This document shows, piece after piece, positions 1 through 11,365 of a stretch of DNA of 64,000 bases (within the stretch, counting starts at the first letter, position 1; each line of letters starts with the position of its first letter). A model generated the notes under the pieces. It was not told the origin of the DNA. It was given only the letters and a program-made list of their open reading frames with translations, and searched no databases. This DNA is from Podarcis tiliguerta (Eukaryota). A program made the position numbers and the translations under genes. Location: NCBI GenBank assembly GCA_965153285.1, contig OZ229115.1, one strand, 5' to 3'.

Positions 1-692
1 AAAGGGAAACCAAGACCCAGTGAAATTAATTGGTAAGGCTAACTTAGGGCCACTAAGTTCAATGGGTTTACCCTGAGTAGTAGTGAGGTACGGTCCATCA
101 TGTTTGTTTTACAGAATTGGTTTATTTTGTCTGCCACAAATACATTATTTTATTATTCTCTTCTCTCATTTGATGGGAATGGAAGGGGGAAAATATGTTT
201 TCTCACTGGTTATGCCATCTTAGTATATCTAATCAAATTTAATTATTCATAATCTGCCTTTGGCCCAATTCAAATTTTTAAGTGCCCATCAAAGTATTTG
301 TTATTAAAGGAAATGTGAGTTAATTTGCAACTCAATGTGCTACCATTCATTAAAAAAACCTCAACATTTGCAAGCACCTGTAATGGGGCTGTGGCATTGT
401 TCACTGTTCGTGTGTGTTCTGGTGTATGAGCATAGGGCTGTTCCACATAAGGGGGAATCCTGGATCCTGTGACCCGGTTACACATTCATTCAATACGTGA
501 GAGGGTTTGTACTTTCAATATGAGAAAGATTGTGTGACTGTCTTCTCTTTTACAGTAAGGTCCTTCTTTTATCCCAGGGTTTTCTGTGCAAGCTATAATT
601 AAAATCATTTGTTTTTAATTAGTTTAGGATGTTAACTGTATTCATTGTTTCCTACAGCCAAAGGAAGTCTTGAAGTGACTTAAAAAAAAAAT

Positions 693-1141
693 ATTGTTGT
701 TTAGTCATTTAGTCATGTCCGACTCTTCGTGACCCCATGGACCAGAGCACTCCAGGCACTCCTGTTTTCCACTGCCTCCCGCAGTTTGGTCAAACTTATG
801 TTGGTAGCTGTGAGAACATTGTCCAACCATCTCGTCCTCTGTCGTCCCCTTCTCCTTCTTTCCCAACATAGGGTCTTTTCCAGGGAGTCTTCTCTTCTCA
901 TGAGGTGGCCAAAGAATTGGAGCCTCAGCTTCAGGATCTGTCCTTCCAGTGAGCACTCAGGGCTGATTTCCTTAAGAATGGATAGGTTTGACCTTCTTGC
1001 AGTCCATGGGGCTCTCAAGAGTCTCCTCCAGCACCATAATTCAAAAGCATCAATTCTTCAGTGATCAGCCTTCTTTATGGTCCAGCTCTCATTTTCTATA
1101 CATCACTACTGGGAAAACCATAGCTTTAACTATATGGACCT
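693..1141 (-). mobile_element. BovB (RTE-clade) LINE, 5'-truncated 3' end
   Basis: Minus ORF 713-1018 (PWTARRSNLSILKEISPECSLEGQILKLRLQFFGHLMRREDSLEKT...GRQRTRWLD...HGVTKSRT) matches the BovB ORF C-terminus, and a short repeat tail (gactaaatgactaaacaac) follows. Confidence 0.95.
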
Positions 1142-3239
1142 TTATTAAAAAAATAAAAATACCAAAATCCAATATATAGAAATGCACCCCAAAACAATAC
1201 AAGTATACCAAAAGTGTTTGTTCAAAACATCATTTAAAAACTAAAATATCCACCCATCCAACACAAGAGCATATGGTTTAAAATTGTAACAACTGGAAGA
1301 ACAAACAAATAGTAGGTCCTCTGTGTGGACAAGACAGAGAAATGCTGTTGGGTGACAAGAGAAGGCGGAACTGCTCAACACTTCAGCAGCCAGGCTGGTT
1401 CCTTTCATGTAAATTGATTAGAAGATTGCCTGCACATTTTACTTCATAATTTTCTGTCTATGGAGGTTCAGATGCCTACTTAAAAAGAAAAAAAATGAAT
1501 CCTGAGATTGAACATCATTGTGAACTCCATAGGCAGCAGGCTGGTTATGGCCCTTCCCTTAAGCCATTGGGTCTCAAACTATGTTTTACTGAAGTGTTGG
1601 TTTTAAATAAATAAATAAAGCTTGCATGAAGCTTTTTACACAGGGAAGCATTTAAAAATGTCATCTCCCACCTTCATCCTGAAGTGATATATCTGATTCT
1701 ACCACCTTAGGATTCTGCCACCCGCTTCCTGCTGCATGTGTAGGCCTTGCCTGTATCATATCTAACACCAGATTATCACCAGGTTGCTATTTGTCAACTC
1801 TGCATTAACAGGAATGCTTACAGTTGTTACTTTCAGTGGTACAGCATTAACATGAAGGGACATGTTGAAAAACTTATTATCTTATTGCTTAGTAACATCA
1901 AAAACCTTCCGACCTGCACTGTTTCATTTGTTCTTTTTATCTTCTTTTCATTTCTGAGCCAAATTTTCACAGAGGCTAACCCACCTTTAGTTACTTGCCT
2001 CCAACTTGAATATGGGAACAGAGTCAAAAAAACATTTTGTCATGCTAAATAATTTGCTGTTGGACTCTGCCAAAACGTCTAGCTTTAATCTCCAGATGGA
2101 GACATCAGGGTAAGCCAGGGCAAATGACATGAATTTCCTCCTGCATTCTAGTTCTATCATAAACAGCCATTTGACAGGTGATAAGTTTAGGCTGAGAACA
2201 CCTGATTGTTAACAGCGTCAGTGAAAGCTGGTTAGTCACACAAGTCTGGCTTCACTTTGCAATACCTAGTGGAATTTTTCTCGTCATTTTTGTTTCGATT
2301 TTGGCAGTCTGGGAATTAAAGATCCTCGGGGGATCTAATGCGTTTTTTGATTGTAATATTAATGGCAGTCCATGAGAAAAAAATGAACTGCTATATCACA
2401 TATGTTGATAGGTGAAACACAGTTATTAAGACTTATAATCATAGCAGCATCAGTTTACATTGCATTTTTCAGGGTAGCATAAAAGGAGAGGGAGTGGATC
2501 CCTGCCCCACTGAGATTAAAATGTAAAATTTATTCAGGAGGAGACAACAGGGGAAAGGGAGGGTGACAGAGGAAAGTGTAACTGGGAAAATTTGTAAAAA
2601 TGCATTTACACACACTTAAGTTTGAGTAGGGAATGAAGGCTAAGTGATGGAGCCAAAGGCTTCATAAAATTGCTAATGCCCAGTTTAGGCTGATTCGCCA
2701 GCTGTGGCCATTTCTGGACAGGTCACTTCACGCTCTAGTTAACTCCATTCTGGACACTGTGGTGTGCTGTGTGAGGGACTGCCCTGCCAGGATCCATCCT
2801 ACTCTCGAGTAGGACCTTGGCAGAGACACATGCCCAACTGGCATGTTCTCTCCCTCCTGGTCAACCGTTTGGGAGCTTCAAAAGCTTTCTTCTGCCCAAA
2901 CATCACAGTGAATGATGCCAACAGACGTCAGCGCACTCAGGGATCCACAGAGTGTTTGCAGTTTGCGTAACAGAACTCAGCATTTTGGCTAATCTACTTT
3001 ATTTACATATAAACACACACACTGCATTGCAACATGGCTCCCTCTCTCTCTAGCATCAGACAGCAAAGAGAAAGAACAAAGAACAATAGTCCCACTTCAC
3101 GGAACACAGCAATACAAAACTTACTGTCTCCTTCACTTCCCACTCTTTGGCGTCAAAACATACACCGTCAGGTGTAAGACAACAATCCCATGACTGCAGA
3201 CACGGGGAATGAATCTCCAACATGCCCTTGGACAGTCCA

Positions 3240-3625
3240 GAGGCTGCCACTACTGTAGAATGTGGCTGGTAAGTGTGGCAGTCCAATTGGACCATGTGTC
3301 ACCAGCCCTGAAAGCGCTGCACTGGCTGCCAATGAACTACCAGAGCCAATTCAAGGTACTAGCATACAAGGCCCTAAATGGCTTGGGACTCCAAGTACCT
3401 AAACTTTCCCCATATCAGACCCTATGATTGGCAGGTGAGGTCTTGCTGGTGGTGTTGCCACTGGGGGCTGCCTGGCTGGTGCTGACCTGTGACAGGGCAC
3501 CACATCTAGGGCTACCCCAGCTTCAGGCTGGCACCTCACCCAGCCTCATCCGTAGTCCGGGCCTGTTGCCGTCCTGGACTCACATTAGGGAAGAAGGGTG
3601 GGATATACATTTAATTAATAAATAC
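3240..3625 (+). mobile_element. Degenerate L2-type LINE 3' fragment
   Basis: Translation includes HVSPALKALHWLPMNYQSQFKVLAYKALNGLG, the LHWLP motif at the end of L2-clade ORF2. It ends in an L2-like tail (gggtgggatatacatttaattaataaata). Confidence 0.75.
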
Positions 3626-4837
3626 AAGTGTTTGTTTTGATGAGTGATTTGAAGGAAAGAGACTTTAACAGCTATAGAGATAAAATAAGTGTAATGCTCT
3701 GGGAAACCCCACCGATTAATTTCACAAAGCTGTTTGCACCTTGGGAAAGAGGTGCTTGTTATTCTGTTGCTTTCACAGCAAGTGGTATGAGCAGAATTAA
3801 AGGTGCACCATCTGATTTTGGAGCACAGCTTCTTTTACCATAATGTAATATTTCAGAATTTTAAAACACTGAATTAAAAAGAAAAAGAAAAAAGCAGTGT
3901 ACATAAAAGCTAACTGAAGTTCCTAGCCCTCGTGGTTTTACGAACAATGCCTAATTCCTGTTCAATGGATCTTAGCATGTCTAATTTCTTCTGGGTCACA
4001 GTAATTATTTTCAGACTTGGGACTATGACATTCAAACTGTTATGGTTTTAGATTTCATTATTTGCAGTCATGATTGTAAGGAGCTTGTTGCTCTCCCCGA
4101 CGTATGCCACAAATGTGCTTTCTGAAAGCTGTCATGCCGGTTCCAGTTAACGTCACTCTTGTGGTCAAACATTGTCACTGCTGAGCATTAAACTGTGAAC
4201 CGAGATCTGAAATGCTCATTTTTGAATTGTGATAACAATTCAAAGACTCTGAATGGCAAAATCCACCATATTAAGCAATTTGTGTTAATTTCTGAATGGA
4301 ACATCTACTTTTAGCTTATGAACGTGCAGCTGATTGCACCTTGCAAATATGGTGACTTTAGCTAAACATGTCACTTTCAAAGAAAACAATCCCATGATGT
4401 TTGATTTGTGTGTTTTTTAATGTTGATTATGGCCATAATTGCCAGTCGTTATTAATTTTTATCAGAAATTTGCAGCAAGCTTGTATTTCTGGCTTTTCTT
4501 TGCAAAGACCCAAGGCATGCTAGCACAATCCTAATTATATTGCACATTATATCACATTCATCAGTTACACTGCAAGAGATTTCCAGTGTTGTTACCTTTG
4601 TTCACTGAGGGTCAAATTAGACATTGCAAGTGGAACCTGCAACAAAATGCTGCAGTGTGATTAGTATTTCCTGGTTAGTATTTCAGCCAGGATATGCCAT
4701 GCCATTTTGCCCCCCACCCCACCCCACCCCCCACAAAAAATGGTATCACAGGCAAAAATGACTTCCATAAGCAAAATAGCATCCCCATTTCTAACTGTAG
4801 AATGGTAAAACAACACAGAATTATTGAACAAACTTTT

Positions 4838-4993
4838 CATAGAATCATAGAACTGTAGAGTTGAAAAGGACCCTGAGGATCATCTAGTCCAATTCCGTGC
4901 AATGCAGGAGTATGCAGCTTTCCCATACAAGGACTGGAACCTGCAATCTTGGTATTATCAGCACCATGCTCTAACCAACTGAGCTATCCAGGC
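4838..4993 (-). mobile_element. tRNA-Ile-derived SINE with CR1-type 3' tail
   Basis: The reverse complement starts gcctggatagctcagttggttagagcatggtgctgataataccaag (tRNA-Ile-like) and ends ggactagatgatcctcagggtccttttcaactctacagttctatgattctatg (CR1 3' terminus). Confidence 0.85.
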
Positions 4994-6589
4994 TTCACAG
5001 CACCTGGAATATTGCTTTAGATTCACAATATCTGGAATATTGTAAGCATAAAAAGTGGTTTGGTGGCTACTTGATTTTAGGATGTGTGTTGGTCTATAAA
5101 GTGAGCATGTGGGAGATTATGGAACGTGTAACTAGCCACATGCTTCCAAGTCTGGTCTGAACTTCAGAAGTTCAGCTAGCAATCTCCTCATTCCCTGAAA
5201 TATTTTTCAACTGGTCAAATATGCTGCTTCATTTTCTAACTGTCAGGAAATCAGGCAAGAACTTTATTGCCTCTGTTAAAGAAGGCAGAACAGTAACAGG
5301 AAACTCCTGGCTCCTGGCTCCACCCACATACAACTAAATCCAGTGCCACCTAATGGCTAAACTATATTATGACACTATCCACATAGAGGATGTGTGCTTT
5401 AATTAGCAGTATATTATAATTTCCTCTTGAAGACCCTTAATTCTATTCCATCATAACTTAGTACATCATCTATTTTTCAGGGTTTGCAACACCCCTTTCC
5501 TCTCCCCTCATTTACCCATAGTATGTCACTTTTGATTAAGCATTCATAAAGCCTTTTCCCCAGCTTCTAAAGGGTAAAAGTCAAAAATCAATAATGTGCC
5601 AGTCCTCCCTGAGTGCAGTAGCAGTCAGAGGTAAATGAATGATTAAACATGATGAATAACGGTGTAATGGAAGACGCAAAGTAGGGGAAAGTGCTCACTT
5701 TAGCCTAAACTCTTAGATTTATTGCTGAGTACTACAAATAATGGAATCATCAATCTTCCAAGGACTAAAAAAGGCATCCACTGCAGTAACTTTAAAAAGC
5801 GGTAAAAGAAATCTTACCACCTCATCCTTGATAGTTGTCACTGCCCATTTAGTATTGCCACAGTATCCAATTAAAACGTGAATGGGAAGAGTGTTTGTTA
5901 ACTTGGCGTTGAAAAGAGGGTGTTGATATGGTGGGTACTGGTGAGCTAAAGTGGTCACACCTACCACAAAAACAGCCTGGCTAAATTCAAAACTGGCCTG
6001 AGTGTGTTTGCCATTTAATTCTTACAGAGCAAAAATTTTGCTATTGGAAATTGTTTATTAAAATGTTGTGCCAATCAAATTAGCTGATATATAATATCTC
6101 TGCATTGAAACCTCTTAAAATCATCCTACAGTAACTCTAATTGAAATGGACTGAGACAACTGGTATCATGCATGATGGGGTGTGCATTTCTTTTTAAAAA
6201 AAGTATATTGCATTGTGAATCATTTGAGGAGTTATCCCCTTGACTTAGGGATGGCCACTGGGATAAAAGTTTGAAAATGTCTGTTTCAAATGCATGAGTG
6301 TTTGAAGACCTAATACCTTTAAGCCTGATCTAGAAAAAGGACTTAATTTACAGCACACTAAGACAACTCACAACCTTGACTGAGAAGCCAGTGTGTTTAA
6401 TCTTAGCCTCACACAGCAGTTTCGTATTTACTCTTAAGTTTACTTCATTTCAATTAGAGCATGTTTATGAGTTTGTGCACTTGAGAAATGATTCTCCTCA
6501 TTTCCAAAGAGATGGCTTAGACTGTTTCAGCAAAAACAACAGCTCATGACAACTTAAAGAACTAACAAATGTCACAGAAGCTATTCACT

Positions 6590-6700
6590 TCATTCAATGT
6601 TATCCCAAGTCCAGTGGACTAGAATAAGTGAAAGTTTATGCCATAATAAATGTTTTAATCTTTAAGGTGTCACAATACTCTTTGTTTAGGCTTCTACTAG
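6590..6700 (+). mobile_element. Penelope-like terminal fragment (related pieces at ~15020-15120, 35380-35470, 39955-40070)
   Basis: The string gaaagtttatgccataataaatgttttaatctttaaggtgtcacaatactc resembles the sauropsid Penelope terminal repeat as I recall it. The other pieces are reverse-orientation matches. Confidence 0.5.
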
Positions 6701-9700
6701 GCAATAGTAGAAGTACAAGGCTACCTACCACATATTTTCACTGTGCAATTAATATGATAATCTGTATTTATAAGAGCTCATTGTTTGTAGTGTCAATTTC
6801 ACCTCTGGAAAATATAGTTTGCCCATGGGCAGAGTAGCTGGAACATTACTATAGTAATGTTCTTCAGCATAGTAGAGATGCAGTACCAACCCTTTTTGTC
6901 AGAAGTCCCACACATGTTACCTCTACACCCAGGAAAGCTTTTTGTTAAGGGGAAGTATGGGGGCTCAAGGAGGTTAGGGAAGACTTTCACATTATGTGGG
7001 CCCAGACTTCTAATTTCTTCAGAAAATAATTTGTTGCAAAAAAAGTAAATCTATAATCCTATAATCCACTGTATCTTCCAGTCCCCCGTAATGTAGCCTT
7101 GCTACTTAAATAATAAAAGAGTGTTTCAATATGGGTTTTGCACAGCAAGGGAATGCACACTCACTGAAGGAATAAAAAATAATAAAAATTAAGTTCTTAT
7201 AAATGGCACAGATGTTAGATAATGGGAAGTTGTGTTATTACTTCCAATGATGATACAGAGTGTATGGGGGTTTGCATTCTTCCAGGTATGGAATATAGTG
7301 TATCCGGTGATAAAATTGTAAAGGTTATTTTGCAACAATAGAAGTGCAGCTTGCAGCAAAGGAGTATAGTTTGATGAGTAATACAGGGAACACATGGACT
7401 ATTCTAGCAGATAGGAAAGGTCAAGTCACAGATTGTTCGTGTTTTAGGATATGTGTTTTGTGGGGTCTTAAGGATATGTAAAGGAAAGATAATCATTAAA
7501 AGCCAGAATAGCATCTGGGAGACAGAAGGAGCAATTTAATGATAGCAGTGCTGGACTTTGCTGCTGCACACTTAATTCTTGGGCTGACTGTTCAAGACAG
7601 AGGATAAAAGTCAGAGGCCAGAAAGTTAGTTCTTTGCCTTAAAGAGGACAGTGTGCCAGAAGTAAATGAGACTGGGAAGCTTGATAAGACAATAGTAAAC
7701 CTACAGCTCAGGCTCTTTGTCTCTTCTGACCTCGAGTAACAAGAAACGCTTGTACAGTGATGGGAATCCTCCAACAAAAAACTAGATGTAAATAGTTTTA
7801 GGGTATTTAATGCCTTCCGTCTAACAGTGAGTAACTGGAATGGTTGTTAAAAGGGAAGATTGCAAAGGTTTCCCCACAAATCCCAAAACCATAGGTGTGA
7901 TTAAAGGGTGTGCCTAATGTCTAATGTCTTTAAAAAGTGCATCTGCAAGACCTTGCAGAGCTTTAGTAGAGCACTAGTTCCACCATGGTGACCCAGCTGC
8001 TGCCCCACGTCTTCCAAAGAGTTGTGCCCTGTGCCCCTGAGTGAGTTGTGGTGCCCATCTCCATCCAAACCATGAATGCCTACAGTTTATATAGGCTGAG
8101 GAGGGATAGGCAAGAGTGGGAGTGTATTTTAATTGGCTTGCAAGGATCTTACCACTTTTGTGGAGGATTTGTTAGGTGAGTTTCCAGGTTAGACAGGAAG
8201 GTGAGAAGATATCATAGAGCAAACTTGTCAGAGTAACTTACGTTTTCCTGCTTCCCAAAAGGTAGCAAGCAGATTTATCTGAATGATTCTTTTATGCTTT
8301 TATGCCTTTCTGACTTTATTGCAATTTGGGGTCAAAGAACTAGCACATCAATGCCCTATGGGCTGTTCCTTCCTAACCAGCCAGCCATTTATTGTACAAA
8401 CAATTAATTTGCCTTGGGATGATGGTATTGATCTTGCATCTCCAATATAGTCAGGTTTGTTCCTGTTGCTGGATCCTGAAATGCTACTGCCTGATCCACG
8501 CATTCTGTCTTGTTGCTGGAAAAGAGGACATCCAGATCAGAGCATTGTAGTGTTTTGAAAGGAATCTGCACTACAGTCAGGTCATGGCTAGAATCCTTCA
8601 TTGATGGGTGCTGGTGCTGGAAAAGAGTGTGAGTAAATTAGTTTCCCCATTAACACTCCTTTGACTGTGACCCTGGACTAAAGGGAAATATTGATGCCAT
8701 CAGACAGACTGTGCCACGGGAAGTTCAGATCTCTTTAGCCAGTTTCTCCTACCTTGATTTAGGCTACACAGCATCTGCTGTTACTTGCTGCTTTTCATTC
8801 TGTTGCTAACATTTCCTTCTGGTTTTAAATGCAGTCTCCCTCCTTCCCTTTCTTTCGTTCTTTTTTGGACAGTGTATATTTAATGGGGGGTGGGTTTCCC
8901 CTCCTTGGGGCTAAAAATTGAGGTTTTCACATGCATTTTTCATGACTCAATTCTGCAGTCAAAAAACATTTTCCTTTATATCTTCAAACACATTTTTTGC
9001 CTTTGTAACAACGAAAACTATCTCAAACTCCCTTGTTCATTTTATGAATTCAAGCTAAGAGCGTAAGAGTTGTTGGTTCTTCCAGGGGCTAGGAAAAGCC
9101 CATTAATTATTTGCATATATTTACTTGAATTATGCATATTTGAAATTGCCCACTGAGAAGCATGAACACTTAAGCTAGAGAAAGCTGGTTGGTCAGGGAA
9201 TAATGCTGCATAACCAATTCCATTTTTAAAAGCTTCAGGATTTTCCTTTATCTGCAAAGAAGTTTATACTTCTGTTTTCGTGGAAACTAGGATGTGCAAT
9301 CATCCTGAGAGCAGTTCTAGTGCTCTCTTACTTTCTTATCATCCTATACATACTGAACCAGTGTTGCTGAGCTACTACTACACATAATCCCAGCTTCTAG
9401 TAGTTTTCAGCAACAGCTTGTAGTCTTTCTTTCTTCCTAAGAGGTATAAGTGGAAATCTGATGCTGCCACAACCAGCATATTAAGAGGGAGACCCCAAAT
9501 TTAGCCTCTTGAGACTTATACAGGTAGAGGGGAACTTCTATACATCTGTAACTTTAGAAAGTCTTTCAAAAGAAGCTTTATTTCAGTGAATTGACCTTCA
9601 TTCACTGTGGATGCACTGTGGAGAGCCCACATGACTGCTCTGTTGTTAGAGAAGCAGTGGACACCCTTGCTGGCATGCAGAGGACCAGAAGTCTACACAA

Positions 9701-9844
9701 GCATGTGAGGAACTGTCTCATCTTCCAGGCTGCCCCGGGAAATAAAAAGCACATTTTCTGCTCCTGTGGTGTTTTGAAGTCTTCACTTAAGGGGCAGGGT
9801 GGATGGGAGAATCTTCTCAGGAAGGAGACAGGACAACGGTATGA

Positions 9845-10170
9845 TTTCAACCTTGCTGAAACTAGATCTGGGTTTAGTCCAGGGGTTGTCAACCTGGTCC
9901 CTACCGCCCACTAGAGGGCGTTTCAGGGTTCTAGGTGGGTGATAGGGGCTTCTACGTCACAATCTGAATCCTCCTTCCATTGAACACTGGTGGGCAGTAA
10001 GGAAATTTTACCATCAAGAAAGATGCATTAGTGGGCAGTAGGTATAAAAAGGTTGACTACCCTTGGTCTAGTCAGTGTGAGGATGGGAGACCCACCAAAA
10101 AACCAAGTACGCTGCCACCCTGAGAAGCCTATAAGAAGGCAGACTATAAATGTAATACATAATAAATACT
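9845..10170 (+). mobile_element. 5S-rRNA-derived SINE with L2-like tail, interrupted by a hAT MITE
   Basis: Removing the MITE gives ctgaaactagatctgggtttagtcagtgtgaggatgggagacc, similar to 5S box A to box C. The tail is gccaccctgag...aaggcagactataaatgtaatacataataaata. Confidence 0.6.
9880..10065. mobile_element. hAT (Charlie-type) MITE
   Basis: TIRs caggggttgtcaacct / aggttgactacccttg; 8-bp TSD gtttagtc / gtctagtc. Confidence 0.85.
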
Positions 10171-10408
10171 TAGCACCCGGCATGGTAATGGCTACTGAAT
10201 GTTGTATCGTCTTGAAATATAATACAAATATGTAGAGAGTGGTTTATTAGTGGCTATAATCTGTAACTGCTAAGTGGAACTTCCATGGATAGGGACATTA
10301 TATCTCTGAATACTTAATGCGGAGAATGAACAGCAGCGGGTGGCCATTATTTCAGGCCTTGCATATAACCTTCCATAAGCAGGACTGCTGGCGGGGTTAT
10401 GGTGTATT

Positions 10409-10557
10409 CATTGCTTTTTTTTCTGGGGGGATACAGGGATATGCATACCCCTAAACATTTTGTGAATCTAAGTTTGGCCTGATTGAGGGACAGTATTTCA
10501 ATATGAGTAGGAAAATGAGAGTACCCCTAAGCATTATTTTTAGGGGGGAAAACACTG
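10409..10557. mobile_element. Degenerate hAT-like MITE
   Basis: Imperfect TIRs cattgctttttt / gaaaacactg and an internal repeated tacccctaa; the TSD is poor. Confidence 0.5.
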
Positions 10558-11129
10558 CATGTACTGAACCCTGAGCCAGCAGGGGGGCCAGGCCCTTAGC
10601 TTAAAAAAAAAAAGTCTATCAGACTTCTATAAAAAAGGGTTAGAAAGCAAAACATGGAGGCAATGTTCTAAGACAGATACAGAGAAGCTGCCATTGCTAA
10701 GGATGCTTAATCAATTAATCTCTACTTTTAGGTGTTGGGGACTGACAGGCTCCTGACGAGTCTGCACCAGAGGAAGACGGGCTGGAGTGGGGGGGCAGTG
10801 ATTTGATGGGTTCTGTACCCGCCAGGAGGCAAGTAAGAGGCAGGGGAAATTTCAGAGCTGGAGGGTGGGGCACAGGATGGGTCGGAAAAAGAGGAGGAAG
10901 AGGCTAGTCAGGCAAGTGAAGGGACAAGTGCTTACCCCCACCCCCACCCCAGCACCACTGTTTCCCAGAACCAGGAGTGGGCTGAAGAGGGAAGAACAAA
11001 GGAAGCTTGCACACAGGTTTAGTCTCTGGCTGCATGATTTTGGCTTTTTGGCGTGATCCCTGAAACGTAGCCCCCGTGTAAATTGCGGGTTTACTGTACC
11101 CCACTATCGTGTCTCCTCTTACTTTCCTT

Positions 11130-11365
11130 TTTCCTAAACTAAAAAGTCACAAATGTCGTAATCTTTCCTCACAGGGCAGATGTTCCATCCCCTTAATCAT
11201 TTTCATTTTCTGAATCATTTTCTGAACCCTTTTCTGCTCTAGTACAAATGTTCTTTTTGAGGTGATGTGACACAGCCTTCCAAGTGCAGCCACACCATAA
11301 ATTTGGTATAATGGCCTGATGATAATGGCAGCTTTATTTTGAACCCCTTTCCTAATGAAAGGCAT
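11130..11365 (-). mobile_element. CR1 LINE ORF2 fragment
   Basis: Translation ...IIIRPLY...KRVQK...KMIKGMEHLPCEERLRHL is typical of the CR1 RT C-terminus. Confidence 0.8.

Noticed and set aside
4225-4240. Resemblance of aattgtgataacaatt to the lac operator
   Set aside because: It lacks the central 5 nt and there is no vector sequence nearby, so this is coincidence rather than contamination.
4920-4993. Functional tRNA-Ile gene (and tRNA-Lys at ~51615-51687)
   Set aside because: The T-arm and acceptor stem are degraded and both are fused to a CR1 tail, so they are SINE heads.
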